Below are positions 13,391 through 27,223 of a stretch of DNA of 64,000 bases, piece after piece. Source of the stretch: Phoronis australis. Lineage: Eukaryota; Animalia; Phoronida. The DNA is taken from NCBI GenBank assembly GCA_002633005.1, contig NMRA01000154.1, positions 55,213 through 119,212 on the forward strand, read 5' to 3'. The position numbers were made by a program, and so were the translations under genes. The notes under the pieces are model-generated. The model did not search any database. It was not told the DNA's origin and was given only the letters and a program-made list of their open reading frames with translations. Each line of letters starts with the position of its first letter. Positions within the stretch are counted from its first letter, which is position 1.

Positions 13391-15369
13391 CATTTTGTTC
13401 TGTTTTACAAAATCAGCTAATGATAGCATTACATAAATGATGTTGTACTTCGTTTTGTTCCTCTACTGAAAGGCTTGTGACACGGTCACAAAGTGAAAAT
13501 AAAGAGAAACTGCGTATGCTGGACATTCCTGAATTGTTTGGATGTTTTTTCCGGGGGTACACTGTAATGGTCTGTCCAAAACACCACTTGTGTGTGTGGG
13601 GAGGGTACTGTAATGGTCCATCCAACGCACCTCTTGATAGACAGAAAACATTCCAGTGAAGATAATAGTGTCCTTATAAGATCAAAGTGATCCGCCATCA
13701 TCGGCCTCTTCGTTTTATCGCGATTCCATCTTTACGATAATCTGCTGTTTAATTGTTGACACGAAGTAAAAGATTTATAAAAACACATTTCGGATACAGC
13801 GTTTCCGTTAGCCCATACTGGTTACTTTAAGAACATATCGCAGCGCCGTGCACGTTTGTCGGGTGACTTTTGCAACTGAAAGGTGAATGGACGAATTTAC
13901 CCATCGCAAGCTCTGCCCTTCGACAAACAATAAGTTTTACCAGGCAACGTGTTGTTTGTTGGGTAAAATAGCGACTTGGCAACGAAGGTGTATCAAGAAC
14001 GCTGCGTTCTGATTGGTCAGTTAAGCCATCCTCACAATCGTGGCGATTGGTCAATTCACTGATTTGTGAACAAAAGTAGAACTTCGTGCAACAATGTCTT
14101 CATGTGAAGCGATGCACAAAGATTCATATCCCTTTTAGAAACAAATGTTATTCAACCACTCGATTACATTGAGCTTACATTGAAGCCTGTTCTGGCACAA
14201 GTGCTTGTGAGAACAAGGGTTGTTCCGAAGCAAAATGTTACCGCGGAGAGTTCCTTACACTCCAAGAGTTCAATTCACGTCATTCATAGAAGTCGAAATT
14301 TACCGCAAAACGAGTGCATTGGAACATTAAAATAGTTCGTTCGTTAACGCGATAAATTGTCAAGTTTTACATTTTCGCCATTTTTACCATGCATTTTCAG
14401 TTTCGTTGTATTTTTTGAAGCTTTGATTGTAACTGCATTCATCCACTTAGGAGGCTAAAAACGGAAATCGAATGAAGCCCTTTTCTTCCATAAAATGCAT
14501 CTCATAATATCCGCGGTAGAATTATGTTTCCGTTTCCAACAAGAAAATCGAATTTATCAGCGACTCAAGAAAACGCTTCTGACTTTTTTGAGTTTGTTCA
14601 ACCCTAAAATTGTAAAATTCGGAAATGGCATATGTACATGTACACAATGCATGCGACTTGAGCTGGTAACGGGAATAGAGTCTCACCAGGGTAAGGAATA
14701 TTATGAGACCGATTTTATTAGAGAAAGGCCTAATTCGAAGCGAAGTGCTGTGCAAAGGTTTTTCGACTTATGGTTCCAAACGCAACCGGTTGCGCAGTTG
14801 CTGGCCAGTGCAGATGTTAAATTCGGAAGATTTGTCAACAAATCTGATGCGGCAATACGGGGAAATTTAAATTAACTAAGACTAAGTTTCGTGAATAAAT
14901 TGAGTTTGATTGGAACATAGGGAGTACTTGAATGGCAAGGGCTCATTCTATGGAGCATGCGCAGTCACCAAGATCCAACTGTGCAGAGTATGAAAAATCC
15001 ATTGGCCGTTTCTCTTCAACAACATGTAGTCATCTCACTACCCTGTGGTACTTTTCTTCACTCGTGTGCCTTGCACAACAAGCTTTGAGAGTTCTGGAGC
15101 ACATGTGCACCATTAGCTCCCAGCAAAATGAATTTCTAGAATTCATATTTCAAAGTATTCATTCCAGTTTGGAAAGCCTATGTAGGCTGTGATATTTTGC
15201 AAAACTAAAACCAAGATCGCAGTTCTCACCAAATCAAACAAGAGCAATGCAATGCGTTGATATTCGCTCACAGTGCATCGCAAACGGCATCTTCCTAATG
15301 GTGGTTATCAGTTTCCTGTAAGGTACAAGGGGACAACAATTTGACCACAAAGAATATCCGCAATCATCA

Positions 15370-15840
15370 GAATTGCCAAAAATGACCACCAGGTGGCGCT
15401 GCAGCAGTCAAATCCGCCCAAAAATCGACTAGTGTCGTCGTATTGTCATTACATACCTGACAAGTTTCAGCGAGTCAATGAGTTCTTTAGATGCCACCTG
15501 GAAACACTCTGTCCCACAAAAAATACAGAAAAAAGACCCTTGACGAGACCAAACCAGCCACTGGAGAATGTTGCAATGGTCGAATACACCAAAAACCGAC
15601 TGGTGCCAGGACACCGACGTCATATACCTCTTGTGTCCAGTTTAATTGAAGTCCGCTCAAGATACCACCTGGAAACACTCTTCTCCGACAAAAACACTGA
15701 AAATGCTCACTCCTTGATCCCGGGGGAGGTGCAGGTTGAAAGGTGGCATGCCGGCCTTATAGTGGTGCCTCACACCCTTGTGCCAAATTTCATCAAGATC
15801 CGATCACTGAGGTATTGAACTGACGGACACCCGTCTGCCC
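15370..15840. mobile_element. HINE-like fragment with internal repeats
   Basis: CCACCAGGTGGCGC at 15386, repeated CCACCTGGAAACACTCT block, GCCAAATTTCATCAAGATCCG...GACGGAC end typical of these elements. Confidence 0.5.
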
Positions 15841-16574
15841 TCACAGAATAACGACAATTTGCATAAAAGGTATACCAGGCTGTTTTATAGTCCGAAGTCA
15901 GAACAAAAGATCGCATCTTGTTCGCCGAGTGTGCGCTGACCTCAATTTACTCGACAACTTGTCGCCGCTAAAAATATCGTGAGATCTCCATACAACAATC
16001 GTATCACTGAACGCCGGCCTTTATCACTTTCGCACAATTTCTGAAATTAGTTACCACGTACGCGCGCAGATGCAAATTCCGTTCTTATTCCGGATTTCAA
16101 CTGTCATCAATGGTTGCAAAGTCTGATAAGTTGACGCTGTAACATTCTTATATTCAGACAGACGGTGAATAGAGAGAAAGCCAGACAGTGGGGTTGAGGC
16201 TGCGAATACGCTGGGCCTATACCATACCAAACTATTACAACTGCAATAATTCTTGTCTTTATCAGTTTCATTAATGCACGAAAATCTTCAAAGAACAAAA
16301 ATATCACCGCGCAATATCCCGATAGCTAACCCGGTCTAAAATTTCAAATTGGGTGGCATGCCAATTAAAATCGGATGCTCGACTCCGCAAGAATGTCTGT
16401 TTTGACTAAAGTACACAACTAAAGTATTTTACTCGCGCACACTGAAACTCGCATTAGGTTCCCTGGCTTAATTTCGACCTTAGCCTCACCTCATCGAAGC
16501 CAGTTCGATATATAATAGCTATTGTGCCGAATAAAAACCACTCACTTACAAGATAACCATATTGACCAATTGAA

Positions 16575-17495
16575 ACAGGAAATGTTCGAAAAAGGCTTAT
16601 CGGTACAAGTCACGGCCGTATTGCATATTACATAGCCTAGATATAATGACAACAGGGGTCTCCTGAAAAAAGTCATGCGAATAATATGAAAACGTTCAAT
16701 ACGCGGACAACGCGGTTCATTTTTATAATAATAGTCTAAAATCGACTTGGTAGTTCACGGTTTTATAGCCGAGTTTGTAATTCGACTTCGTCGCTATAGT
16801 AGCATTTGTTTTTTGAATAAGTTGGCTAATTTGGGTCACGTGATCCGTCAGAAATGAAGGATATAGAATTACATGTGGTAAATTGGAACAAGACCGTTAT
16901 ACACACAAGAAACTATTCAGCGGAAATAACTTCCAGAAATTGGTTCTAATTCGATATTGGGTTGCTGGGAGATTAATCAAAATATTTCCGTTCCGTATTG
17001 GCGAGATAGTGTGAAGTTTATCGCAATATATCGANACAGGAAATGTTCGAAAAAGGCTTACCGGTACAAGTCACGGCCGTATTGCATATTACATAGCCTA
17101 GATATAATGACAACAGGGGTCTCCTGAAAAAAGTCATGCGAATAATATGAAAACGTTCAATACGCGGACAACGCGGTTCATTTTTATAATAAGAGTCGAA
17201 AATCGACTTGGTAGTTCACGGTTTTATAGCCGAGTTTGTAATTCGACTTCGTCGCTATAGTAGCATTTGTTTTTTGAATAAGTTGGCTAATTTGGGTCAC
17301 GTGATCCGTCAGAAATGAAGGATATAGAATTACATGTGGTAAATTGGAACAAGACCGTTATACACACAAGAAACTATTCAGCGGAAATAACTTCCAGAAA
17401 TTGGTTCTAATTCGATATTGGGTTGCTGGGAGATTAATCAAAATATTTCCGTTCCGTATTGGCGAGATAGTGTGAAGTTTATCGCAATATATCGA
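16575..17495. other. 460-bp tandem duplication joined by a single N (probable assembly/haplotype overlap)
   Basis: 16575-17034 is almost identical to 17036-17495 with about 3 substitutions; N at 17035. Confidence 0.85.
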
Positions 17496-18273
17496 CGCCT
17501 TCGTGACCGTTGTGTAATTCGTATTTGTTTTACGCGAATTGTCCGATATAGAAAGCTAGAGATATCCAAAGTTAAAGAATGACATAACCCTATCAATTGA
17601 ACTCAGGACTGATCCATTATTTCATAGATGTGTGAAATTTATTTGGTTTTAGTCGTTGCGTTCCTGCTCACAAGTCCGCGAATTCACGATTAATAAGAAT
17701 AACGTGGATATCTCCGTTGTTTACTCCTTAAAATGTTGTTTGTTGATAAGTAACCTCTGTAAATTACAAGATAAACAGGTGAACGTGAACATATAACAAA
17801 ATGGAAGGCTTGTGCTCCGCAATCCATCAAGATGACGTACGCACACGCCGGAAAAGTAAGTAGAGTTACTCTTCAACACAAGAAGAGCTTGACTTTCCGC
17901 ACGTGCTCGCCAAGTCCACGGAGACGCGCAAGTTTAGAAAAGGTACATGCAAGTGTGAACTGCGAAACATTGATTAAACAACTGCAAGTTCTGGCTGTTC
18001 ATTTAAAATCACCTAAATCTGTTGTAAACTCACGTTTATTCAAAGATTAACGTACTTTTGATTCAGGCCACTTATACTGCTACGACGAGGAACTTGATCC
18101 TTACCTGTGTGAGAAGTGGTTCACGAGCTTGAAAAAACTCGTTGTTGTTTAGGACAACACTTGGCGCATAATACCCGTATGGCCAATCGTGAGAAGCTAA
18201 GTTTTGAAGGGTGAGCTTGATGTTCACCAATAACGAAATAACAGGGTTTTTTTTTTCAAGCTCTGAAATCACC

Positions 18274-19012
18274 CTCTTAAGCCGAGTCCACTAATTTTGA
18301 GAACACCCTGCATGGGGGCTGGGGGGCTATAGCCCCCACTTTTTCCAGCGCTACGCCGCACATGCCCTGAACCAAAAAGCTAATTCCTGATGGAAGTGAG
18401 GGTTTAGGTGATCGTAGCTTTAAACGCCTTTTGACATCAGACTTCGTCTGCATATGAAAACTTAATAACTTACGTCACACGAAAGCGCTAACCATTTTGA
18501 AAGGCTTCGAACACGAACCAGATTTTAACATGCGTTATACTTGTACCCGAGTGAAGGCTAACTTAGTTTCTTCACGAAACGGTATTTCCGTTTTTGTCCG
18601 AAACGAAAAGTTGCTCACGGAACCAAAATGTTACGACGCACTNCTCTTAAGCCGAGTCCACTAATTTTGAGAACACCCTGCATGGGGGCTGGGGGGCTAT
18701 AGCCCCCACTTTTTCCAGCGCTACGCCGCACATGCCCTGAACCAAAAAGCTAATTCCTGATGGACGTGAGGGTTTAGGTGATCGTAGCTTTAAACGCCTT
18801 TTGACATCAGACTTCGTCTGCATATGAAAACTTAATAACTTACGTCACACGAAAGCGCTAACCATTTTGAAAGGCTTCGAACACGAACCAGATTTTAACA
18901 TGCGTTATACTTGTACCCGAGTGAAGGCTAACTTAGTTTCTTCACGAAACGGTATTTCCGTTTTTGTCCGAAACGAAAAGTTGCTCACGGAACCAAAATG
19001 TTACGACGCACT
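18274..19012. other. 369-bp tandem duplication joined by a single N (probable assembly/haplotype overlap)
   Basis: 18274-18642 is almost identical to 18644-19012 (1 difference seen); N at 18643. Confidence 0.85.
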
Positions 19013-20344
19013 GAATAACCAGTGAGCTATCTAGCTGCCTAGTTCTTCGCTCTGACGTACTTTTGCTTTCAACTTCTTCTTCTTTAACCCCCCATTCAGT
19101 TCAAATTAATGAAAATGTTATTTTAACGCTCTGCTGAACCGTTTTTCAATATACTCTAAACCGTCTGCACCAGATAAACTCACGATTAAAGCTGTGCTTG
19201 CCTGTTCAATCCATCATATAGTGTTCTTGTTGTTACCGTCTTATACCAAGATAAGTGTCTAGCCAGTCGCAACACTACTTTATTGCGATAACCTACGGCC
19301 AAATGGCGGTTTCACCGAGCCGAAAAAATTACTTCCACGTGTTAGCTAAACTGTGTTTGCTGCTGAATAACGCTCGAGAGGGATTTTCCAATTTACAGGA
19401 ATTATACAATGAAAACTGAGAGGAGAACGGCGGAAACTTGAGTTGAGAAGAATGTTAATTCCTGAACACATCTACCCATTTAATACAAGTTGATCGTTTT
19501 CCCGTTAGCAAAGGTGGTGAGGTGTTGCCATCGTTTTTGTTTGTTTAACTAAAACTGTTTGAGTTAATGTAAGACGGACCTTACCAACAAGTTAGTGCAC
19601 TTAGCCAAATATCTCTACGATCACGTGTCCGTGTCTCTTTGGTTGAAAAATAGCAAAAAATGGAGCATTCATAGCAAAATGCCACTAATATGACCAAATT
19701 CCATTTCAAAGACAAGATGAAATTTCAAAAACGCTCTAGTTTCCTGAAATACCATTTCGCTTTCGTTTCATGCAGTTTGAAAGTTCTTTTCGTAAGCAAT
19801 CACATGGGCGGTACAGCACTGAAAAAAGTGGGGGGTGGGCGTCATCAAAGTCATACATAGCCTCTCAAGCATAAGAAACACACTTCAAAAGACAATTAAT
19901 TTCTAAACAGCGTTTTGAGGAACAATGCATAAAGCCTAGAATGTTTAAGTTTCATATGAATCCGAGCAACCATTGTATTTTAAAACTTTTGCTCTGACGC
20001 TGGAGGCAATAGATCAATGGTGTGAAGAGTTGTTTCGTACTGATATTTTTCTCATTTATGTTGATTTTATCTGTAATATTTATTTGTTACCGTGCCCCAT
20101 CTTTATTGGCATTCATTTATATGTATTGTATGCATAGAAGAATAAAATCAACCAATCAACCAATGAAAAATCTGACGTCACACCAGATACGTCAGTCACA
20201 CGGAAACCATTATGTGAAAAACAACATCTGGGGCCGGTGTCTAATCTTTGTACTTTAAAACGAACTCGAAATTATTTTCGGCATTTTCTGTTCTACTTTC
20301 GTGTGAACTCAAAATAAGTGGATATCAGTCTGTGCTCTAATACA

Positions 20345-20968
20345 TTAGGTGGCACTGAACAGCTAGGCTATTAAAATTTTGGGGTAGGCCAAGTTTGGAG
20401 GCATTTTGTCAGTAGGCACTGCATGTAGACTTAGTGAATGTGGTTTGTTTGTATTTGCGAACATGCTGAGAATGAAAATGGCCACTTACGCGGCTGCAGC
20501 TACACTCTTCTTCAAGATGGCGGCCCCCTGTTGCAATTTTGCATTGCTGTATAGCAACTGAGGAATTAGCCGCGATTTCAGGTAGCCCTCAAACAATCCA
20601 GATTTGCCAAAAGACTAGTTGGTTGATAGTATTTTTGGACCACATTTTTGGAATCGGTAGGAAATTTGCTTTCGATATCTAATGTTGGCTTTAGTCGAGC
20701 ATCGGCAGGGAAGTGGTGGTTTTTGGGTGAAAAGTGCCGATTTTGCATTTTTGCTCTTATTTTTCTTAGTCTGACTGGGAGTGCAAGGATCAAAAATACA
20801 AGAAAAAATAAAGTTTCTGTGCTCATCTGTAGGGCTTGTGCTGTAAAATGACTCAAAACTTTTCTTTATTTGCCTGCAGTTTTTTGACAGAGTGAAGAAA
20901 GGGTGAAGAGTTCATTGACGTGTGTTCTGACAGGCAAACCCCTGTGAGAACTGCTCAGTGCCTTCTTA
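20345..20968. mobile_element. Kolobok-like non-autonomous element
   Basis: Short TIRs TTAGGTGGCACTGAACAG / CTGCTCAGTGCCTTCTTAA with TTAA-like ends. Confidence 0.45.
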
Positions 20969-21390
20969 AGGTTTAGGCGTATACGTTTCTAATCCCAGTT
21001 GTACTTAATGATCCTGGGTTGCATTCGGGCAAGAAATTCAAGTAAAAAAGATCGGCATCTCGAGTTCAGACTCGAACCTAGCCTTAATGCTGGGGTTATC
21101 AAGTGCAAACTAGGGTCAGAAAGTTGGCCAATCAGCTGCTATGTACTTGGCCACAATGGGACATAATTATAGATACTTACCTTGAGTTTGCACAAAAGTA
21201 AAACAGATAGCACCAAAAATAATTTAAATGCGGAGTAAAAAGATTAAGACAATGGGCCCTGAAGTTGGCAGTTACGTAAACAATAACGTTAGAGTTCATT
21301 TGACCACAAAACACGTGTAAATTACAGTGATGTAGTTGGTGATAACTATGGATAGATAGTGCCACAGGGAACTCTACAATAAGCAGGCAC

Positions 21391-21628
21391 CAGAGGTGGA
21401 TCTACAGGGGGGGTTCAGGGGGTTTAAACCCCCCCTCGGGACAGGATAAAAAATAAAAACTGGAAAAAAATCGCCAGAAAAACGAAATTAGCTACTAAAA
21501 ATCCCAAAAAATCTTACACGGGAGTAGGGAAACCCTCTCGCGACCTTCCTTCTCCTCGGCGCTACGCGCCTCGGATTCTTTCGAATCCTAAACCCCCCCC
21601 CCTTACTGAAATCGTAGATCTGCCACTG
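21391..21628. mobile_element. MITE with 5-bp TSD (hAT5-like)
   Basis: TIR CAGAGGTGGATCTAC / GTAGATCTGCCACTG; GGCAC duplicated on both flanks. Confidence 0.8.
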
Positions 21629-24600
21629 GGCACAACATTTTGAATCTTCAACCTCACACTGGCAAAGAGATGAATTATCTCCCCAGGATGAATTGGTCAG
21701 AGAGAGAGCCAATTATAGCGTTGCCGTCAGCAATTGTTGTGTTTTGGAGACCATCTACTGATTGTTTTCATTGCATACCTCGCGCTCCTCCGAAAACAAT
21801 TGTCAAAATTCACACACTGTGAGCATGAATCATAAATGTATAGGATCCAGTAGACAGGAATCGCCGTGACGCAATTCCCCGATCCACGGAAATTGCAAGA
21901 AATTACTAGATAAATATTTTTGAATTACAGCCAAGACATATGCACCCATACGACGTTTCGTCAGCAACCAGCAATCATCTCCAAGTCTAGGCCACTAAGC
22001 ATGGCGGTCTCTGATGAGAAATACTTATCCGTGATTTGGTCTCGAGTCTCATAAATTTACTTAATGATAAGAAATTAAGGTTTCTTGAGCTGGATTCTAT
22101 AGTTCATAGCTAGTTGGTGTCATTAACTCAGGCGACAAAGCAGTGAAATGTGTGTTGTTAATAATTCAATGAATTTTCACAACATGAAATCCAACCAAAC
22201 TAATGCTTGGCCAATATTGTATTCTACGGCGAGAAGCGCAATCCTGATGACAGTGTGTGCTCATTAGAAACTGGTATTATAGAATTTTCCAAATGAAATA
22301 CTCGAAGTCGCATAACAGACGTGTTGCGTTCGCTATGAAAGTTTCATGGGGTCCATCATCGGCAGAGTAGGGCTAACGTTCCGAAGACGCAAGAATCTCG
22401 CGAGTAAAACACTGGAATTTGGTCACATGCTTCGTTCCAATGCATGGCGATATACCGCAGAGTCCTGCGTATTTGCGATGCTCTAGCGTATGCTTAACGC
22501 ATTCCAGTTCTCTGTTCACGCGGCTTTATTTCTAACGTGGGATAGATAATATAACCGCGGACAGTCGCCAAATGCACATGTGTTTTTCGCAGTTCACGAT
22601 CAATTAAGCATCACTTTCCGGTTAATTTTTCCCTGTTATCAGACCATGCGCGTGTCATTACGTCTCTGTAATCTGTTAATTAACAGCATCATGCAGTCAG
22701 ATAGTCAACAGACGCACCAGTGATCGCCACACTACGCGCATCGTGAACAGACGCTAACATGTGCTCAAAACGTAATGGCGTAATTGTATTAATGCGCGCT
22801 TTGAGGTTGAAGTCATTGATAAGGGGGTCAACATCCGACGAGGATTTTGCTCGTAATAGGAACTTAGTAATTTAAACAAGCGAAGATTTACGAGGAAGCA
22901 TAAATTGGTGCATTAAAAGATCATAAAGGTTTCTCTGATCACCAAAGTGAGCCGTCAAAGTTTATAGTGTCAAAACAGTTACGAACTTAATTCAATTTCA
23001 CAACAGCCTAGCCAATGAATGCTAAACACACATGGAAAATAAGAACAACAAAATTAAAGACTTACAAAGGCTCCCGTTTAGCCTACATCTTAAACCATGC
23101 GCACAGGGCTATGTTTTGACAACGAAGTTATGGTATTGGTCGTTTCTTTCCAAGTATTGTCTACACAGCCACAAAAACTTCAAATCCCGAAAAAGCCTAT
23201 CGCAGCACCATGTCGCTTTTGACAGTGGGACCACGAAAGCAATGCTTCACGGTACAACGAATTGGCAAATGGTCTCAGTTGTGCGAGGCATTTGAAGACA
23301 TTCACTGCAAGTCATTTCAATTTTTCAGGCAAGCAAAGCTATACCTAGTCCATTGGGAAAAGCATGGAAGTTCAGTAGCCAAATGCTAAAATAGTTTTGA
23401 AACCGTTTCCATTGGTCCGGTGTGGTGAAAACTTGTTCATGTTTTGCTGTCAGTCAGGAAACCGAAATACATGTAGTTTCGACAAGAGGGTCGCGTACAC
23501 CCATGATTCAAGTGATGCGAACTCGATTCCTTAATTGTACCAGACGGGTCGAGATTTGGTGTTAGAACAAGGATATTTATTTAAAACAATGATGAGATAT
23601 TTGAATTTAACCTACAGAATGTTCGGTTACTGGGTCGTGATTCAAACGTGTTTATTTAAATAGAGAGCAATGGTCGTTGTCTGGAGATCATTTTTATAAG
23701 GTCAGTTACAGTGTATATTACATTGATCGTTATATTTCGTGGCTTGGATTGAGGGGTATGGTGTCAATGAAGCGATTGGCCAACAATGACGTCACGGATC
23801 AGTGACAGTGTGCATCGAACTCAAGACTGAAGCAATACGTAAATTCTCACTTTCCCTTTACGTAGTTTATTCAACATCCAACACCTTACGACTGCTCTTG
23901 ATTAAAAAAGGTCCGAGAAGTTTCAGTCATAGGACATCGACAGAATAACACTCACTTCAAAGTCGAGACTAAACTCAGCTATAGGTGGCGGTGTAGAGTT
24001 AACAGAGCGTGCATTTGACCCTTCGAGCGAAAACCTTAACGGCCAACCTAACATCACCGTGGACAACGTGACACATGTGGGCGAACAACACAACAAACTT
24101 ACCCTATTTTCGGTCATAGCCGGCCGCTTTAATTCAAAAATGTTCACTGTGTGTCTCCTGCCCCGATCACTTGTTCCTATACGACGCAACTACGGAGTGT
24201 ACGACGTGTCTGCCCCGCGCTGCAGTAGCCAGGAATGTTGAGTACTGTTCACTTTCTTATGAGCCAGACTCAAGATATGATTCGCTGCTCCTTTGTCGAT
24301 TTTGAACGAATCACGTAAGTGAAATGACTTCACAGAACCATTTTGCGGGCATCCGCCATGAGGAAAAAGCTCGCACTGGCCAAACGTAAATTTTCAGTCA
24401 TCGGTTTTAGTAGTAAAACCGTGGTCTTGTTCTGTTTTTGTTTTCGTTATTGTTTAAGTTCGAGATAAAACCGTTGCGCACGCTACCCGGCCGTGGGGTA
24501 TAGCCAGATATCTGCTGTAAGACACAAGAGACGTAGGTATGTGTCCTCAAGTAAAGTTCGCACACCGTATGTCTAAAGATCAAGCCTGCTATTTGTGTAG

Positions 24601-24955
24601 GTTACAATCTGTAACGAGTTACTTGTACGAAACGGTTAGTGGTCAAACTCCGAAAACTAGTTTCTGTGACGTCAAAGCGCGGGATTATTATTGATCAACT
24701 TTAAGGGTCAGTCGCAAATGAAAGTGATGAAATTTTAAAACACAACGTACTGCACAACTCTTGTTCGGTTTCGCGTGTACTTGTCACTCAACACTGAAGA
24801 GTGAAGCAGGCTCAGTATCCTGTCACAGAACAATTAAGCTACGCACAGTAAGTGAATGGAGATGTTACCGTAATTCATTCCAACGCCAGGTAATGTTTTT
24901 GTATCTCAGAGTCAGCGGCCTCTATACTTGGAAGTTGAAAGTGAGGTGGGAGTCT

Positions 24956-25101
24956 CATAGGCGGATTTAGGGCGGGGGCCCGCACCTCCTCCCCTGTATG
25001 GACCAAAACACGACGTCGGCATGACATTTTTAAGAGCTGTTGGGACATTTTCTCTTCGAAAATTGTGGTTACCCCCTCAGTATATCGTAAATACACCAGT
25101 G
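24956..25101. mobile_element. Decayed small MITE (CATAGGCGGATTTAG family)
   Basis: Left end matches the right TIR of 43434-44353; right end TAAATACACCAGTG is degenerate. Confidence 0.5.
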
Positions 25102-25591
25102 AACCTATGGAACGTTATGGTGAGCGTGTCAGACGAGGCTATTCCAATGTGACCCAAATTAAGGGACACGTAACCGTATCATGGTTTCGACCGTTTCATT
25201 GAATTCGCTGATTGCACTGACACCTATATCTAGACCATCGTACTACTTTGTCAGATGGTCAGTCTCACTCAGGTGTCGCGGTGGCAGTATAAATAATACT
25301 TGTGGTAAATAGAATAAACGATCACAATTTCGGTGAATAGTTGCCAAGTATGAAGGAATAGAACGTGCCCAACTTCATCGCGTTTCTATAAACTCTAACC
25401 CCGTTGTTTTCTACGCCTTCCAAGTCCACACGTTCCGTATCGTCGTGCACGTTCGTTATGTATAAGCACATGGAAACGTTTATACTCGTGGTAATGTAAT
25501 AACAAGTTGAACAATCAAAGAAGTTTTTGGTTTAGTTTCCTGGACACACTGAACCAGCACTAGTTTTTGGCCATTGTAACAGGATAAAGTT

Positions 25592-25871
25592 GAAAATGAA
25601 AACTCAGACGCGATTCATGATCCAAGTAGTCAAAGTTTCGGTTTATTGACATAAAACCATCATCAAGAAGGAATGTCACTAACCGATTTATGGATTAGAG
25701 TTATTCTGATCACTGTCTTGTGGTTCACCAGTACTACTCATGCATTGTGACGTTCATTTAGTGTTTTGGTTGTATTGCCGGTCAGTGACATTGATTCCTG
25801 TCGATGGTTTTATGTCATTGAACCCAAACGTTAACAACTTGGATCATGAATCGCGTCTGTTTTCATTTTCA
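25592..25871. mobile_element. Inverted pair of Penelope-like terminal repeats with decayed hammerhead cores
   Basis: ~95-bp inverted arms; arm consensus CTGATGA-TGGTTT-loop-AAACC-GAAACGTT. Confidence 0.55.
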
Positions 25872-26241
25872 GCTGAACTTTCTCCACGCTGAAACAGTCC
25901 GACACAGTCAATGTACAGTCTACGACTCTCTTTAAGGCTAGGCGACATAAATGCAGTCAATAAAAGCTTTTAAACTAATTTTTTGGAAACGCACAGTGAG
26001 ATTTGGGCTTTCCATAAGCGAGCACTTCATGTTCATAGCATCAATAATAAGTGGAAAGAACACTGCACTGCTCACAAGAAATTCATTAAATGCGGAAGTC
26101 ATGATGAATCACCTCCAACGAGAGCCGCTCGGCTTACATTGCTTTCAAAAGGATTAATTAACCGATATCTAGCACAGCGATGTTTCTACTCTTCGGATAG
26201 GAGGCGGTTTCCAAGAAATAACTGAAAAAGAAGCCCCGTAC

Positions 26242-26470
26242 CATGCACGCACCCAGCCTTCAACATGGAGGGCTCGAATTCCTAACGTTGTGGACATTTT
26301 GGTAACAAAATAGCCGGCGGACTAAAAAAAATTGCGCGTTTGTGCTTGTTTAGAGGACTTTTGTCTCATTTTCTCGGACTTCTTGTTTCTCACACGCGGA
26401 CCTTTTTGCCCACTTCGCCAAATGGGGGGCTCATTCGATCCCCCCGAGCCCCCTCCTGGGTGCACGCATG
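26242..26470. mobile_element. MITE with 5-bp TSD
   Basis: TIR CATGCACGCACCCAG / CTGGGTGCACGCATG, perfect CGTAC TSD; second copy at 34478-34726. Confidence 0.85.
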
Positions 26471-27223
26471 CGTACCTCCACCAAATTTTCAAGATATCTT
26501 AAAATAGCTCGTAAATGGTGAAAACATCGCTAGATGACGAATTTATGCCAGTCGTGCACGGTAGTACGAGGTTATTCGAACACGGAAATGTTCAGAATAT
26601 TAGCAAAGTCAGCTTTTTATCGTTTTGGTCTCTGCCGATCGGAAAATAATTCAAATGAAATTCAGACTTTGATTGGCATAGTTATGATACTAGTTTCCTC
26701 CTTGTGTCAAGGATTAACTATCAGTATAAATACTGTCCCAGGGATGAACTTTGTTAAAACACTGAGGTCTGGCCTTGCGGCCGATCAACTAAAAATATTT
26801 TAAAATGAAACGGAGCAGATTTTAAGGAATATTAAAATAATGCCGCATTGTTGTGTTACGCGTTCTTTTTGGCACAACGTTGAGAGCCTGTTTTCTGCAA
26901 AAATTGACTCTGAACTTCATTGAGACAAAAATGCAATACTTTTTGTAATCTCTTTTAAACCAGAAAACAAAGTACTCGGCTGGTTTTTATTATATACGAA
27001 TTACTGCATTTAGGCCTTATATGACAAAAACTAATAATTACTTAAATTTGAATGTTTTACTAAAAAATTTCATTAATGAAGAATATATTCTGAAACATAG
27101 TAATCCTTGATTGGCAGAACTACAAGAATTTTGGACACTATGGAGTAGGAACGTGATTTGTGTACTTACACAGGTAAAAACTTATTGTTAATTTGTAGCA
27201 TTGTGTTTGACGAACAAATGATT

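Noticed and set aside
16575-19012. Two tandem duplications (460 and 369 bp) as biological repeats
   Set aside because: Each junction is a single N and copies differ by 1-3 bases: typical unmerged contig overlaps.
21951-21990. Third hammerhead-like remnant (minus: TTGGAGA...GAAACGTCG)
   Set aside because: Core too degenerate and no stem I.
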